From Chiloscyllium plagiosum (lineage: Eukaryota), in assembly GCF_004010195.1 (NCBI RefSeq), contig NC_057719.1, positions 39,608,252 to 39,672,251 on the forward strand: a DNA stretch of 64,000 bases, in the 5' to 3' direction. The notes under the pieces are model-generated. The model saw nothing but the letters and a program-made list of their open reading frames with translations. It was not told the origin of the DNA and made no database searches. The translations under genes and the position numbers were made by a program. Positions 1-12,440 of this stretch are shown here, in pieces. Numbering within the stretch: position 1 is the stretch's first letter; the number at the start of each line of letters is the position of its first letter.

Positions 1-510
1 CAGAAACAGACCCTTCAGTCCAACTCACCCATGACGGCCAGATATCTTAAATTATATCCAGTCCCATTTACCAGTATTTGTCCCATATCCCTCCAAACAC
101 TTGCTATTCACATACATATCCAGATGCCTTTTAAATGTTGTAATCATGTCAGCCTTCACCACCTCCCCTGGCAGCTCATTCCATACATACACCACCCTCT
201 GTGTGAAGAAGTTGCCTCTTGGGTGCCTTTTAAATTTCTCCCTTCACCTTAAAACTATGCCTTCTAGTTTTGGACTCCCCTACCCTGTGAAAAAGACCTT
301 GCCTTTTTCCCCATCCAGGTCCCTCATGGTTTTATAAACGTCTCTAAGGTCACCTTCATCCTCTGACACTCCAGGGAAAATAGTCCTAGTCTATTCAATC
401 TCTCCCTATAACTCAAACCCTCCAACCCTAGCAATTTCCTCATAAGTCTTTTCTTAACCTTTTCAAGTTTCACAACGTCCTTCCTATAGCAAGGAGACTA
501 GAATTGCCAA
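1..510 (-). mobile_element. CR1-clade LINE 3' fragment
   Basis: Matches the recurring CR1 ORF2 C-terminus/3' UTR sequence seen many times in this window. Confidence 0.8.
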
Positions 511-817
511 ATAAAACTTTGATTTTGTCATTCAAACTGTCAAAATTAAAAAAAGTTTTACTAAGTTTATTTAGTACTTTCATAATTCAAATTACAATCA
601 TAACTCTTAATCCTGATTTTTTAAATTCGTTTTTTAAGCCTGTACCTGAGGAAGTACCTTAACTTTCCATTAACTTTGCAGTTGAATAAACAATTCAAAA
701 ATGTATTAACTCGTTGTTAGAAGTCTGCTCTGTTGTTCAAACTAGTTTTTCAGGTGGAGACAAAACTTCTCGTCCCTTCCTTTCAGGGATCAAATTTATT
801 TTGGTTATCTGGTAATG

Positions 818-948
818 AGTTGAAAAGTGTGGCGCTGGAATAAGCACAGCAGATCAGGTAGCATCCGAGAAGCAGGAGAGTCAATGTTTCGGGCATAAGC
901 CCTTCATCGGGAATGTTCTCTAGCATCTGCAGTCCTCACTTTCTCCTA
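818..948. mobile_element. Short Penelope-terminus-derived insertion with 14-bp TSD
   Basis: GTTATCTGGTAATG at 804-817 and 949-962; contains PLE end sequence in both orientations and a degenerate hammerhead motif. Confidence 0.8.
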
Positions 949-1790
949 GTTATCTGGTAATGCGCCTCCTTTGGTTGGTAGTCAATTTAGATTTCTCCAT
1001 TTATTGCCAGTGCAATGTTTCAGTTCTTGCTGTTTTTTTTAAAGGCACATTTCCATAATTATTTACTGTAAAAGGCTCTTTGAAACTTATGGTAGTCTGG
1101 TTGTTTCTGTGGAGTAGTTTTCTCTTCAGAGCTGTTCCCTTCATGGCAGCTATTAAACCGTGTAGCCTTTCTGGCTGCTAGCTGGTCTTAAAGTTGGCCT
1201 GACAATTTGTTGAATTTTATTTCAATTCTTCTCTTCAATAGGGGATCTTGGGTCCATTTCTTGATGATCACTTCTGGGTCAACTTTTCTTGGCAGTGAAT
1301 CTCATTGCTGTCACCATCCTTTATTCATGTGAATTAATGCTTCACAATGAGATTGGATCCAAAACAGGCTAGTAAAAGAGAAGGCAAAGACAAGAACAGT
1401 CTGCAGGTTTGGACTTTAGAGTAACACTATTTATTACATTTTAATATCAAATAAAGAGATAAATGGTTGTCATAGATATCCCATGAATTAGGAAAGTACT
1501 AATCTGCCGCCTTCGTGTGTGCATGTCCATGTGCTTTCAAAACTCTATCTCTTATTAGAATGTAGTGAAGAGTGGTAGTATTCAAAGAGAGAATTATATT
1601 CTTATCTAACTTTGTGTTATTTATACTCAGTGATATGCAACTCTGTGACTTCATTGCTTTGTTGCTTCAGGATCCTGAAGCCCTTACATAACAGTAAACA
1701 CACAGTAGGTTGAAGTATAAAGGAAGAAATGTGATTGCAGCTTGTTCGGAAGATACAATGATAACCACCAGCAATTTTAGCATATTTACA

Positions 1791-2116
1791 TTAGATGATT
1801 GATTAGATTACTTACAGTGTGGAAACAGGCCCTTTGGCCCAACAAGTCCACACCGACCCGCCGAAGAGCAACCCACCCAGACCCATTCCCCTACATTTAT
1901 CCCTTCACCTTACACTATGGGCAATTTAGCATGGCCAATTCACCTAGCCTGCACATTTTTGGACTATGGGAGGAAACCGGAGCACCCGGAGGAAACCCAC
2001 GCAGACACGGGGAGAATGTGCAAACTCCACACAGACAGTTGCCCGAGGCGGGCATTGAACCCGGGTCTCTGGCGCTGTGAGGCAGCAGTGCTAACCACTG
2101 TGCCACCGTGCCACCC
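1791..2116 (-). mobile_element. HE1-like tRNA-derived SINE, full length
   Basis: tRNA-like head with A/B boxes (GTGGCACAGTGG...GGTTCAATGCC), CR1-like 3' end and (TAATC)n tail; four similar copies in the window. Confidence 0.88.
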
Positions 2117-2159
2117 ATAACCATTGTGCCACTGTGCCGCCTGGTATTGACCAGAAAAA

Positions 2160-3260
2160 TCAGATAGGCCAAGGTAGCCTAGATGTAACGTTCATAGAAG
2201 GTTTTCTGGATAGTTTCTTAAAACAGCAGGTTCTGGAGCCAATTGGAGAGCAAGCTATGCTTGACCTCATATTGTACAATGAGATAGGATTAATTAAATA
2301 ACCTCATTGTAAGGGTACCCCCATATAGTAGTGATAATCTGAATTATGAAGAGAAGCGTGAGTCCAAGATTAGTATTTTAAATTTGAATTGATTCTGCAG
2401 GCATGAAAGCAGATCTAGTTCATGTGAACTAGCAAACAAGCCAATAGAGGTGTATTGACAGACTTTTATTAGAATATTTCAGAATACACAGAATTGATAT
2501 ATTCTGAGAAAAAAAATTACAAGGGGTGGACCCATCCATTTATAGTATCAAACTTAAAGAGAACGCATATAATTGCACAAAGATAGATGCCAGATCAGAA
2601 GATTTAACAGAATATAAAAATGAGTAGTGAATGTCAAAAAGATTAATCAGGAAGTAAAAATTAAGAGTACAAGAGAAAGATAACAAAACAGATGGAAAGA
2701 CTTTCAGTAAATGTTAAAGAAATTAGCAAATATTTCTCCTTTATTCAAAATGGGAGGGTGTTTAAAAGCAGGAAACAACAGGCCAATTAACTATCATAGT
2801 GGAGGTGTCATAAACTATTATTAAATAAGGCAGAGCACTTACGAAAGTTCAGGGTACTTGGGCATAATCAACCCAGTTTTGAGAAAGGGAAATCATGTTT
2901 AACGAATTTAATAGCGTTCTTTAAGGATGTAATATACTGTGGATAAAGGGAAAGAGGTGGAGGTATTATTCTTAGATTTCCAGAATAGGAGTAAATAGGT
3001 CATTTTCTGGTTGGCAAGATAAAATAAGTAGTCTCCCATAGAAATCAATTCTGCAGTCTTAACATTGGATGAAGGGACCAAAATCACAAATGAATTTATT
3101 CAGATTAAGTGAACAAAGTTCTGACAAATAGAGCATAATGTTAGAAAATTTGAAGGGGTTGTCCATTTCAGCAGGAAGAATAACAAGGAAGTATATTATC
3201 TAAATGATGAAAGATTACAGAACTCTGAGATGCATTGGGCTCTGAATGTCCAAGTGTATA
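2160..3260 (+). mobile_element. Old, highly degenerate CR1-type LINE ORF2 fragments
   Basis: Remnants of endonuclease and RT motifs (LDLILYNE-, GKSCLTNL-, LDFQ-like) with many stops. Confidence 0.65.
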
Positions 3261-4010
3261 AAATCCTGGGCTGTTGTGTACAGTCAATACCTTGCTTGTT
3301 GTGAACAGCCAAAGGTATGAGCTTTTTTTTTCAATCCACCAGTGCTTTTGACATTATGCGTTGTGCTGGAACTGATATATCACTCAGTTGTATGATAGGC
3401 AGAATGTCATTTTGGCTTGATAGCAATATCCTAATGGTGGTGAACACCACTTGTATCTACATAGTAGCAACGTGAAACAGCTGTTCACACCAAGCAAGGT
3501 ACAAACTCGACAGCCATTCAACACTTGTAAAACTCAAAGTAGTGTCCAACATTAGATGTGATTGTGTGATTGGACAACATTGCTAAATAATCCTGATTAT
3601 GTGAAGACCTACTCTGATGACCAATTTAGGATTTTCAATGGGACTCCCTGTATGGTGCATTTGAAAGTGCTGGAAGCTACATATTAATATGTAGGCGAAA
3701 AGAACATCACACATACTGTCTGTTTCAACTCAAAAAAACTAAATGATCACCATTCTCTGGTTTGGTTCTCAAGCCATGCCTTGACCAATCAGAGTTTGTC
3801 TGCGGTGTTCCATAATTAAATAAATCTCTGCAATTAACTATCAGATGACATTAACTGGTGCGTTCTCCATGACAGTAAGTCTACCAATCAGAGTCTACTT
3901 AACAACCGATCAGCACTCTCTTTTCATATTGTTCTCCCTTTATTTTAGTCTTTATTGTGAATTGTCCTGAGTGCAAGCTAGGAAGCTTCAATAAAATTGT
4001 CTTTGTGCAG
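3260..4010 (+). mobile_element. Degenerate Penelope-like element 3' part (different subfamily)
   Basis: GIY-YIG C-terminal-like remnants (IGQH-L-NNP, LEA-YIN) and a decayed hammerhead-like end at ~3963-3990; related sequence at ~56160-56660. Confidence 0.5.
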
Positions 4011-5067
4011 CAATAAAAAAACTTACAGGTTTACTTTTGCATATGAATATATGTCTATGTCTATATAAAACTCCTCTCATGACCATTACATTGTCTTATT
4101 TCTTCTTAAATCAGATATGTTTTACATTACCATTTCTGCACCTTTATGAAACATTCTTTGAGATTGATGGGAATGTCAATTAATTCCAGTTATCATAATC
4201 TTTTTTAAGTCTTTCACATTTATTTAAGTTTCTTTGGTTATAGAGTCTTATCTGAAATGGATGGGAATCTTTCCTTACGCCCATGTTAAAATCAATGATA
4301 CATTGTGTATTGCCCATAGGGCAAGACAACAGAGTATGTCAGCTGTACATTTAAAAGGAATGTTATCTTGTTAAAATTTTAATTTTCGAATGGACTTTTG
4401 CCAGATTTTATAATAGTTGCCATTGAACACAGAATAAGCAAGATGATTGCCTTGGGAAGTTATCAGTACAAAAGTATACTGGAATGTGACAATCCTGGTA
4501 TTATATGAAAATTCCACCCAAGCCAATACAAAAAAAAATTAATAGGTGACCTGTATATGTCCAGTTAGTTCTGAACAAAGAAGACTATCAAATTCACTAT
4601 GGCCTGACTTGGTACAAATGACTCCATTGTTATTTACTACATGTCCTTTCATCAGAAAATATAGTGTTATCAAATCCACCGCATTAACTAACTCATTCCC
4701 AACCTGAATTCCCTGTCATGTGACTGAAACTGCTGTTTTACTTGAATCGCCTTTAATTTTGTGGCTCAAATTGTTTTTCTTCAGGCTGCTTATAATGCCA
4801 AAACAAAACACCTCACAAGCAGCTTCAGACTCAGCTAATGTCTGTCTCTGATTTCAATATCTCCGAAGTTTGAATTTTGGGAAAAAAACAATGTTGCATA
4901 TGCTATTGAACGTTCAGCAAGATGGACATCTGTACATAGCCAAATGAAAGAATGACAACTGAGCATTGACTTTCTGGACTTGCCAATTCTCATGAGTTAA
5001 ATTTGATATATTTGGTTTGATGTAATTTGTAACTCCTTTCTTTTCTCTTGCCTTCATTTCATGGATG

Positions 5068-5095
5068 CATGTATGTATGTATGTATGAATGTATG
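5068..5095 (+). repeat. (ATGT)n microsatellite
   Basis: catgtatgtatgtatgtatgaatgtatg. Confidence 0.8.
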
Positions 5096-5705
5096 ATGCA
5101 AACAATTTCCCGAGATACTGAATACAATTTACTTTGTTTTAACTCCTTTTAAATTGGACTTCACAAATAGGACTCGTGGAAACGTGCCATTGCCTAATTT
5201 CAAAAGGGAACAGAAAATAAATACAGGAAATATTAAAATCCAAACTCTTGTTATGGACAGGAATAGGCAATGGGAAACAATTCATTTGCCTTTCTATCTT
5301 GTCTGTGATACTTCTATCTTCTGCCTTTGCGTCTGTAGCATTGCTGATGTTAATAAAAGAGTACAAAGCACAAGCCCATTTACTAAATAAGTCAAGGAAA
5401 ATAAGTTTATTCAACCAGGATTTTATTTAAAGAAAATTATAAGTTCATCTAGTTTTGAAAAATATAGATTTATTTTATAATTATAATGCAGGAAAACCCT
5501 AGTTTGTAAAACCACATGAAAACTTGTTCACTTATCCTTAGGTATTGATTTCTGTATTGAAAATTCATAAGTAGAGATTAGCATTAATTTCTTCAACTGT
5601 TAACAACTCAAATAAATTATTTTTATTTAGGATATAGGATATTGTATAGTTTGGTGAATTGTTATCTATTTAGCTTTTGGCTTTCATATTGTTTAATTAT
5701 CCACA

Positions 5706-5882
5706 TCAGAGCTGAAAAATATGTTGCTGGAAAAGCGCAGCAGGTCAGGCAGCATCCAAGGAGCAGGAGAGTCGACGTTTCGGGCATAAGCCCTTCTTCA
5801 GGATGTTGCCTGACCTGCTGCGCTTTTCCAGCAACACATTTTTCAGCTCTGATCTCCAGCATCTGCAGTCCTCACTTTCTCC
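5706..5882. mobile_element. Hairpin (inverted) Penelope-terminus element with 15-bp TSD and hammerhead motif
   Basis: Arms ~5706-5758 and ~5801-5853 are reverse complements; TSD TAAT(T/C)ATCCACATCA at 5694-5708 and 5883-5897. Confidence 0.85.
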
Positions 5883-5964
5883 TAATCATCCACATCATGC
5901 AATCTTTTTCTTTGAGTATTTTAAATGCAATTACTTCCTTTAAATAAATACCCGTTTTGAGATT

Positions 5965-8090
5965 TTTTTTACTCATTTGATGTGGCTGTTGCTGGCTGGG
6001 CTAACATTTATTACCATCCCTAGTTGCCCTTGAGAAGGCGCGAGGGAGCTCCTTTTTTAAAATACTGCAATCCACAATGCCCTTAGGGAGGGAATTCCAA
6101 GATTTTGACTCACCAGCAATGAGGGAATGGTGATATATTTTCATTTCCATGGTGAATGATGTGGAGGGTAACTTGAAAGTAGTGTTATCATGTATCTGCT
6201 TCTTGAAGTGGTTGTGGATTTGGAAGGTGCTCTCTAAAGATCTTTGGTGAATTTCTGTGGTGCACTTTGTAGTACTTAGTGCTGCAATGGAACATCAGTG
6301 ATGGAAAGACTGAAAATTTATGGAAATGGTACCAACCAAGCGAGTTGCTTTGTCTTGGATGGTGTCAAGCTTCTTGAGTATTGTTACTGAGTCATAAGCA
6401 TACAGTACAGAAACAGACCTTTCAGTCCAACTTGTCCATGCCAATCAAGTTTCCCAAACTAAGCTAGTCCCATTTGCCTGTGTTTGGCACATATCCCTCT
6501 AAACCTTTCTTATTCATGTACCAATCTTTTAATTGTTGCAACTGTACCTGCATCTATCGCTTCTATTGGCAGTTCATTCCACATTCTGTGTGGAAAGGAT
6601 TGCTCCTCTGATCCCATTTAAATCTTTCTCCTTTCACCTTAAAGATATTCCACCTTAGTTTTGAACTCCCCCACCCTAGGGATCTATTCAGACAAGCAGA
6701 GAGTTATTCCTTCACTTCGTGACTTGTGCTTTGTGGAAGGTGAACAAACTTTGGGAAGTTATGAGGTGAGTTATTGGCTGCAGTATTCCTAGCCTCCAAA
6801 CTGCTTTTGTAGCCATTGTATTTACATGGCAAGTCCACTTGAATTTCTAATCAATCTTAACCCAGGGCATTAATAGTTGATGATTCAATGATGGTACCAC
6901 CGTTGGATGTCAAGGGATGGTGGTCAGATTGTCTCTTATTGGAGAATGGTCATTGCTCGGCCCTTGTGTGGCACAAATGTTAATTCACACTTGTCAGCCC
7001 AAGCCTGGATAATGTCCAAGTCTAATTACATTTAAACATAGTCTGCTTCAATATCTAAGGAGTCTCAAATAGTGATGAACATTGTGCAATCATCAGTGAA
7101 CATCCCCACTTTTGACCTTATGATGGAGGAAGGTCATTGATGAGGCAACTGAGGATGTTTGGACTTACAACACATTTCTGATGAACTCCAATAGATATGT
7201 CTTAGAGCTGAGATGACTAACATCCATTGATAACAACTATCTTCCCACATGCCAGGTATAACTCCAATCAAAAGAGAGTTTTCTCCTAAGTCCTGTTGAT
7301 TCCAGTTTAACTATGGGTCCTTGATTCCACACTCAGTCAAAAGCAGCCTTGATGTCACTCTCACATCACATCTGGAATTCAGCTCTTTTGTCCAGATTTG
7401 AATCAAGGCTGCAGTGAGGTCAGAAACCTCTTCTGGAGTATTGTGTCCCGTTCTGGTCGTCCTGTTATTAGGACATTATTAAGCTGGAGAGGGTTCAGAA
7501 GAGATTTACCAGGATGTTGCTGGGCATGGAAGGTTTGAATTATAAGGAGAGGCTGCATAGGCCAGGACTTCTTAACTGGTGCATAGGAGATTGAGGGGTG
7601 ACTTTATAGAGGTTTATAAAATCAGGAGGAGTATAGATAAGGTGAATGGCAGGTGTCTTTTCCCTTGGGTGGGGGTGTTTTAAGACTAGGGAGCATATTT
7701 TTAAGGTGAGAGGAGAAAGATTTAAAAAAAGACATGAGTAGTCATGTTTGGAATGAACTACCAGAGGAAGTAATGAATGTGGGTACAGTTATAATGTTTA
7801 AAAGACATTTAGACATGAATAAGAAATATTTGGAGTTATGTGAACCAGGCACAGGCAGGTGGGACTAGTTTAGTTTTGGATTATGGTCAGCACGGATGAG
7901 TTGGACCTAAGGGTTGTTTCCGTGCTGTATGTCTCTGAGTGGCCCTGGCAGAACCCAAACTGGGCAGCATTGAGCGGTTATTGATAGCATTGTTGATGAC
8001 ACGTCCCATCACTTTACTAATGATTGAGGGTAGACTGATGGTGTGGTAATTGGCTGGATTGGACTTCTGCTTCTTTTGTGTACAGAACAT
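5965..8090 (-). mobile_element. Second LINE family (CR1/L2 group) ORF2 and 3' UTR, interrupted by CR1 fragments (~6390-6680 minus; ~7425-7935 plus)
   Basis: RT motifs on the minus strand (SNPANYHTISLPSIISKVM); homologous to copies at 10-11.8 kb and 63.3 kb; nested CR1 pieces. Confidence 0.75.
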
Positions 8091-8389
8091 AAAACAATCT
8101 AATTCATAAATTAATTTATAGTTTCTAAACTGTTATGCTGTTTTGCTAAAGAGAGGGCCATATGAAATAGCACCTTGGATTTTTTTTCTTCCTCCTTTTT
8201 TTGTAGAAGGAGATGGTGATTTGATTTGAAGTATCAGTTAAAAAATTATGAAGTAACTTTGGGGAAATTTAAACTTATTCGATGCATGCATAAATGTAGC
8301 TTATAAAATTTATTCATTGCAATTAAAGCCCAGTGTACTGGGTTGTGGGTTCAAGTTCCACTCCAGAGGTTCGAATACAAAACCTGCTG

Positions 8390-8580
8390 CATCACCAACC
8401 CAAAGAAACCCAAACATATAAATAGAAAGCAGGAATTATCAGCAGTGCTTTGCCTGAGGCCCACTGAAGACCTTACCTAGTAGGGTGATGAAATGTCTGG
8501 AAATGAACCTTCCAGCTCAGCGAGCAAAGCTACATCCAGAACTTCAACCTGAGCTACAAATCTTCTCAAAACTCACTAAA
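8390..8580 (+). mobile_element. Probable Penelope-type terminus with hammerhead motif (second family)
   Basis: CCA-CTGAAGA-stem-GAAA-TGTC-TGG at 8461-8500. Confidence 0.6.
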
Positions 8581-9149
8581 ATCTATATAATTTCACCTTT
8601 AAACTAATAACATTGGAGTAGATTAGCCAGCCTGAAAGGCCTGTTTCTGTGTTGTAACTTCTATGCATTGCTTGAAAATTTCTTCAACACACAGGCTCTG
8701 AATTAAAAGATTTACACCAGAATTTCATTTTGTTTCTAAGTTACCACTAGTGGAACTGGGCAGTAAGTCTTTGGAGTTGGAATTTGCAACATGGTTCCTT
8801 ACAATTATAATTTGTGATATTTATTTCCCAGCAAACTGCGGAAGGGCCCTGGAAATGCAACCCAAACTATTGCGCAGATATTACTGGGTAGAAATGGATC
8901 CAGTTCCAAAGGTCACCTCCAAAAGTATCAGCATTCTCATTTTAAGTCGACCAAATGGTAAAAACACCAAACAAATTCAGGGTGTTGGATGCAATCATTC
9001 TCAACCTGCTATTATATTTACACTGTTCTCCATAAGGGGGTGCCATAAACTACGTTGTGTTTAATTTCTGATCTTGTCAATGGATTATTTTTATTTCCAC
9101 CTTGAACTGTATTAAGCTGCTTTATTGTCATTAACTTTTTTAAACACAG

Positions 9150-9445
9150 ATCTTGGACTGCATGTCTTTTCCCGAGGATGGGCGAATTTCAAGACTCGGG
9201 TGCACAATTTTAAGGTGAGAAGAGAGAGCTTTAAAAAAGACAGGAGGGGTACATTTTATACATGCATGGGGGTTCATGTGTGAAATGAACTTCCTGAGGA
9301 AGTGGTGGATGTGGGTACAATTGCAACATTTAAAAGACATTTGCATAATTATATGAATAGGAAAAGTTTGGAAAGAGGTGGAACTAGTTTATGTTCGGCA
9401 TGGACTTGTTGGACCAAAGGGTCTGTTTCTGTGTTGTATGATGCT
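9150..9445 (+). mobile_element. CR1 LINE 3' fragment
   Basis: NELPEEVVDVGTIATFKRHLHNYM-type C-terminus and 3' UTR. Confidence 0.8.
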
Positions 9446-10069
9446 GAAAGGTTTGTATCTTTTCTCAGTAAACAACCAATTAAAACTAAAACTGCTTCAA
9501 TGGTTAGATGTATAGTGAATGAACATCATGACATTAGCATATAGTCTATAAAGAGTGATCGGAAATAGATTTTTTACAAATGGTCCAGGCGTTCCTAGAC
9601 CCCTGATATCCTGCCTCAAGCAGCTGATTTACGTTACCATTATTGGGGGCCAGCAAATAAACCAGGACCAAGTAAAGCAGGCAAAATAAAGTAAATAGCA
9701 TTAGGAACTCAAACACAATATTTTTTCCATCTGTTCCAAGTGCTCTATATCACTGGCTAACTGACGTCAGGGAGTTGAAGAACTTAGCTGTCATGGCTCA
9801 TTTATTGTATCTTCATTCTTCTTTTCCTTTATAAGGCCATGCACAGGTCAGATTTATCCAAATCAACGACCATATCCTCAGCCACTTCCTGTTTCTAAAT
9901 CCCTTACCCTTACTCTCAATCTATGCATCATGACTTTGCTGGTCAAAAACACACATAGCATCCTTGTGACTACAGCCTTTTTTTCATTATTCATGCATGG
10001 AACATCGTTGGCTAGACCAGCCATAATAACCTTTCAGAAGGAGATGGCTGCCTTCCTCAGCCACTACAC

Positions 10070-11790
10070 TAGTGCCAAAATTGGGAAAGCTGTCTCACAG
10101 ACTAGTCAAGCAACAACCTGATATAGTCATACTCACAGAATAATACCTTACAGACAATGTGGCAGACACCACCATCACCATTCCTGGGTATGTCCTGTCC
10201 CACCAGCAGGACAGACCCAGTAGGTGGCGGCATAGTGGTATAAAATCCAGAGGGAGTTGCTCTGGAAGTCCTCAACATTGACTCTGGACTCCATGAAGTC
10301 TCATGGCTCCAGGTTAAACATGGGCAAGGAAACTTCATGATTAACCATGTACTGTCCTCCCTCAGCTGATAAATTAGTAACTCCTCCATGTTGAACAACA
10401 CTTAGAGGAAGCACTGAGGATGGCAAGGGCACAAAATATACTCTGGGTGGGGGATTTCAATGTCCAGCACCAAGAATGTCCAGCAGCAGTATCACAGATC
10501 ACGCTGGTCCGGTCCTAAAGGACACAGCTGCTAGACTGGGTCTGCAACAGATGATGAGGGAACCAACAAGAGGGCAAAATATACTTGACCTCATCCTTAC
10601 CAATCTGCAAGCTGCAGATTTATCTGTCCATGACAGTATCGGTAACAATGACCACCGCACAGTCTTTGTGGAGTCAAAGTCCCACCTTCATATTGAGAAT
10701 AACCTCCATCATATTGTGTAGCACTATCACCATGCTAAGTGGGACAGACTTGAAACAGATCTAGCAACTCAAGACTGGGCATCCATGAGGTGCTGTGAGA
10801 CATCAACAGCAGCATAACTGTACTGCAGCACAATTTGTAACCTAATGGCCCAGCATATTCCCAATCAAACATTACAGCCTTGGTTCAAACATAGACAAAA
10901 GAGCTGAATTCCAGAGGTGAGGTGAGAGTGACAACCCTTGACATCAAGGCTGCGTTCTACCGAGTGTAGCATCATGAAATCCTAGCAAAACTGGAATCAA
11001 TGGGTATTCAAAGGCAAATTCTTCAGAGATTAGAGTCATATCTGTGGGCAGCACGGTGGCCCAGTGGTTAGCACTGCTGCCTCACAGCGCCAGAGACCCG
11101 GGTTCAATTCCCGCCTCAGGTGACTCTCTGTGTGGAGTTTGCACATTCTCCCAGTGTCTGCGTGGGTTTCCTCCGGGTGCTCCAGTTTCCTCCCACAGTC
11201 CAAAAATGTGCATTGGCCACGCTAAATTGCCCGTAGTGTTAGGTGAAGGGGTAAATGTAGGGGAATAGGTCTGGGTGGGTTGTGCTTCGGTGGGTCGGTG
11301 TGGACTTGTTAGGTCGAAGGGCCTGTTTCCACACTGTAAGTAATCTCAGTAATCTAATACCTGACACATAGGAAGATGGTCATGGTTGTTGGAGGTCAAT
11401 CATCTTAGCTCCAGGACATTTCTGCACGAGTTCCTCAGGGTAATGTCCCAGGCCCAATGATCTTCAGCTGCTTCATCAATGACCTTTCCTCCATCATAAT
11501 GTCAGAAGTGAGGATATTCGCAGATGATTGCACAATGTTCAGCACCATTTGTGACTCCTCAGACACTAAAGTAGTCATGTTCAAGTGCAATAAGACCTGG
11601 ACAATATCTAGGATTGGTCTGACAAGTGGCAAGTAACATTCATGCCACACAGATGCCAGGCTATGACCAATACCAACAAAAAACAATCTAATCACCACTC
11701 CTTGACATTCAAAAGTGTTACCATCACTGAATACCGCACTATCAACATCTTGAGAGTTATTGATCAGAAAGCCAACTGAACTCACCCAGC
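10070..11790 (+). mobile_element. Degenerate LINE (CR1/L2 group) ORF2: AP-endonuclease and RT, internally deleted
   Basis: GDFN, QQMMREPTRGQNILDLILTN and NDHRTV endonuclease motifs; LDIKAAF, PQG and FADD RT motifs. Confidence 0.85.
11045..11358 (+). mobile_element. HE1-like SINE nested in the LINE RT region
   Basis: Same family as 1791-2116; the LINE sequence resumes after the tail. Confidence 0.88.
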
Positions 11791-11969
11791 ATGCCATTGA
11801 ACTGACTATTCCAATTTCCTTCTGTCTGTTTATATGAATAACAAATTTCAGGGCTTTGCCAAATATTCAGTTGTATTCAGTACGGTCATTTTAATACTTT
11901 ATGATGGCAGCAGCAAACCAGACACTCATTTTTATTTCCCACATGATTTTTATTTCCATGAAAGTCTTT

Positions 11970-12440
11970 GTATCATACAGTCCTCATACAGCCTGGAACC
12001 GGGCCCTTCAGCCCAACTCATCTATGCCGACCAAGTTTCCTAAACTGAACTATCCCATTTGTCTCCAATTGGCCCATATCCCTCTAAACCCTTTCCTATC
12101 CATGTAGCTATCAAAATATCTTTTAAATGTTGAAATTGTATCCGCCTCTAACACTTTCTCTCACAGCTCATTCCATACACACACCATCCTCTATGTGAAA
12201 AAGTTGCCCCTCAGGTCCCTTTTAAATCTTTCCACTCTCACCTTAAACCTATGCCCTCTTTGGATTCCCCTACTCTGGGGAAAAGACCTTGGCTATTCAC
12301 CTTAAACCCATGACCTTCAAAATTTTATAAACCGCTAGAAGTTCACCCTTAGCCTCCTGCACTCCAGGGAAAAAAGCCTCAGCCGATCCAGTCTCTCCTT
12401 ATAACTCAACCTTTCCAGTCCCAGTATCATCCTTGTAAAT
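11970..12440 (-). mobile_element. CR1 LINE 3' fragment
   Basis: Similar to 1-510 and 26140-26460. Confidence 0.8.

Noticed and set aside
1799..2172. Recurrent ORFs such as GTVAQWLALLPHSARDPGS and DCGRKPEHPEETH
   Set aside because: Translations of HE1-like SINE copies, not genes.
11045..11120. tRNA-like sequence with A and B boxes
   Set aside because: It is the SINE head, not a functional tRNA gene.
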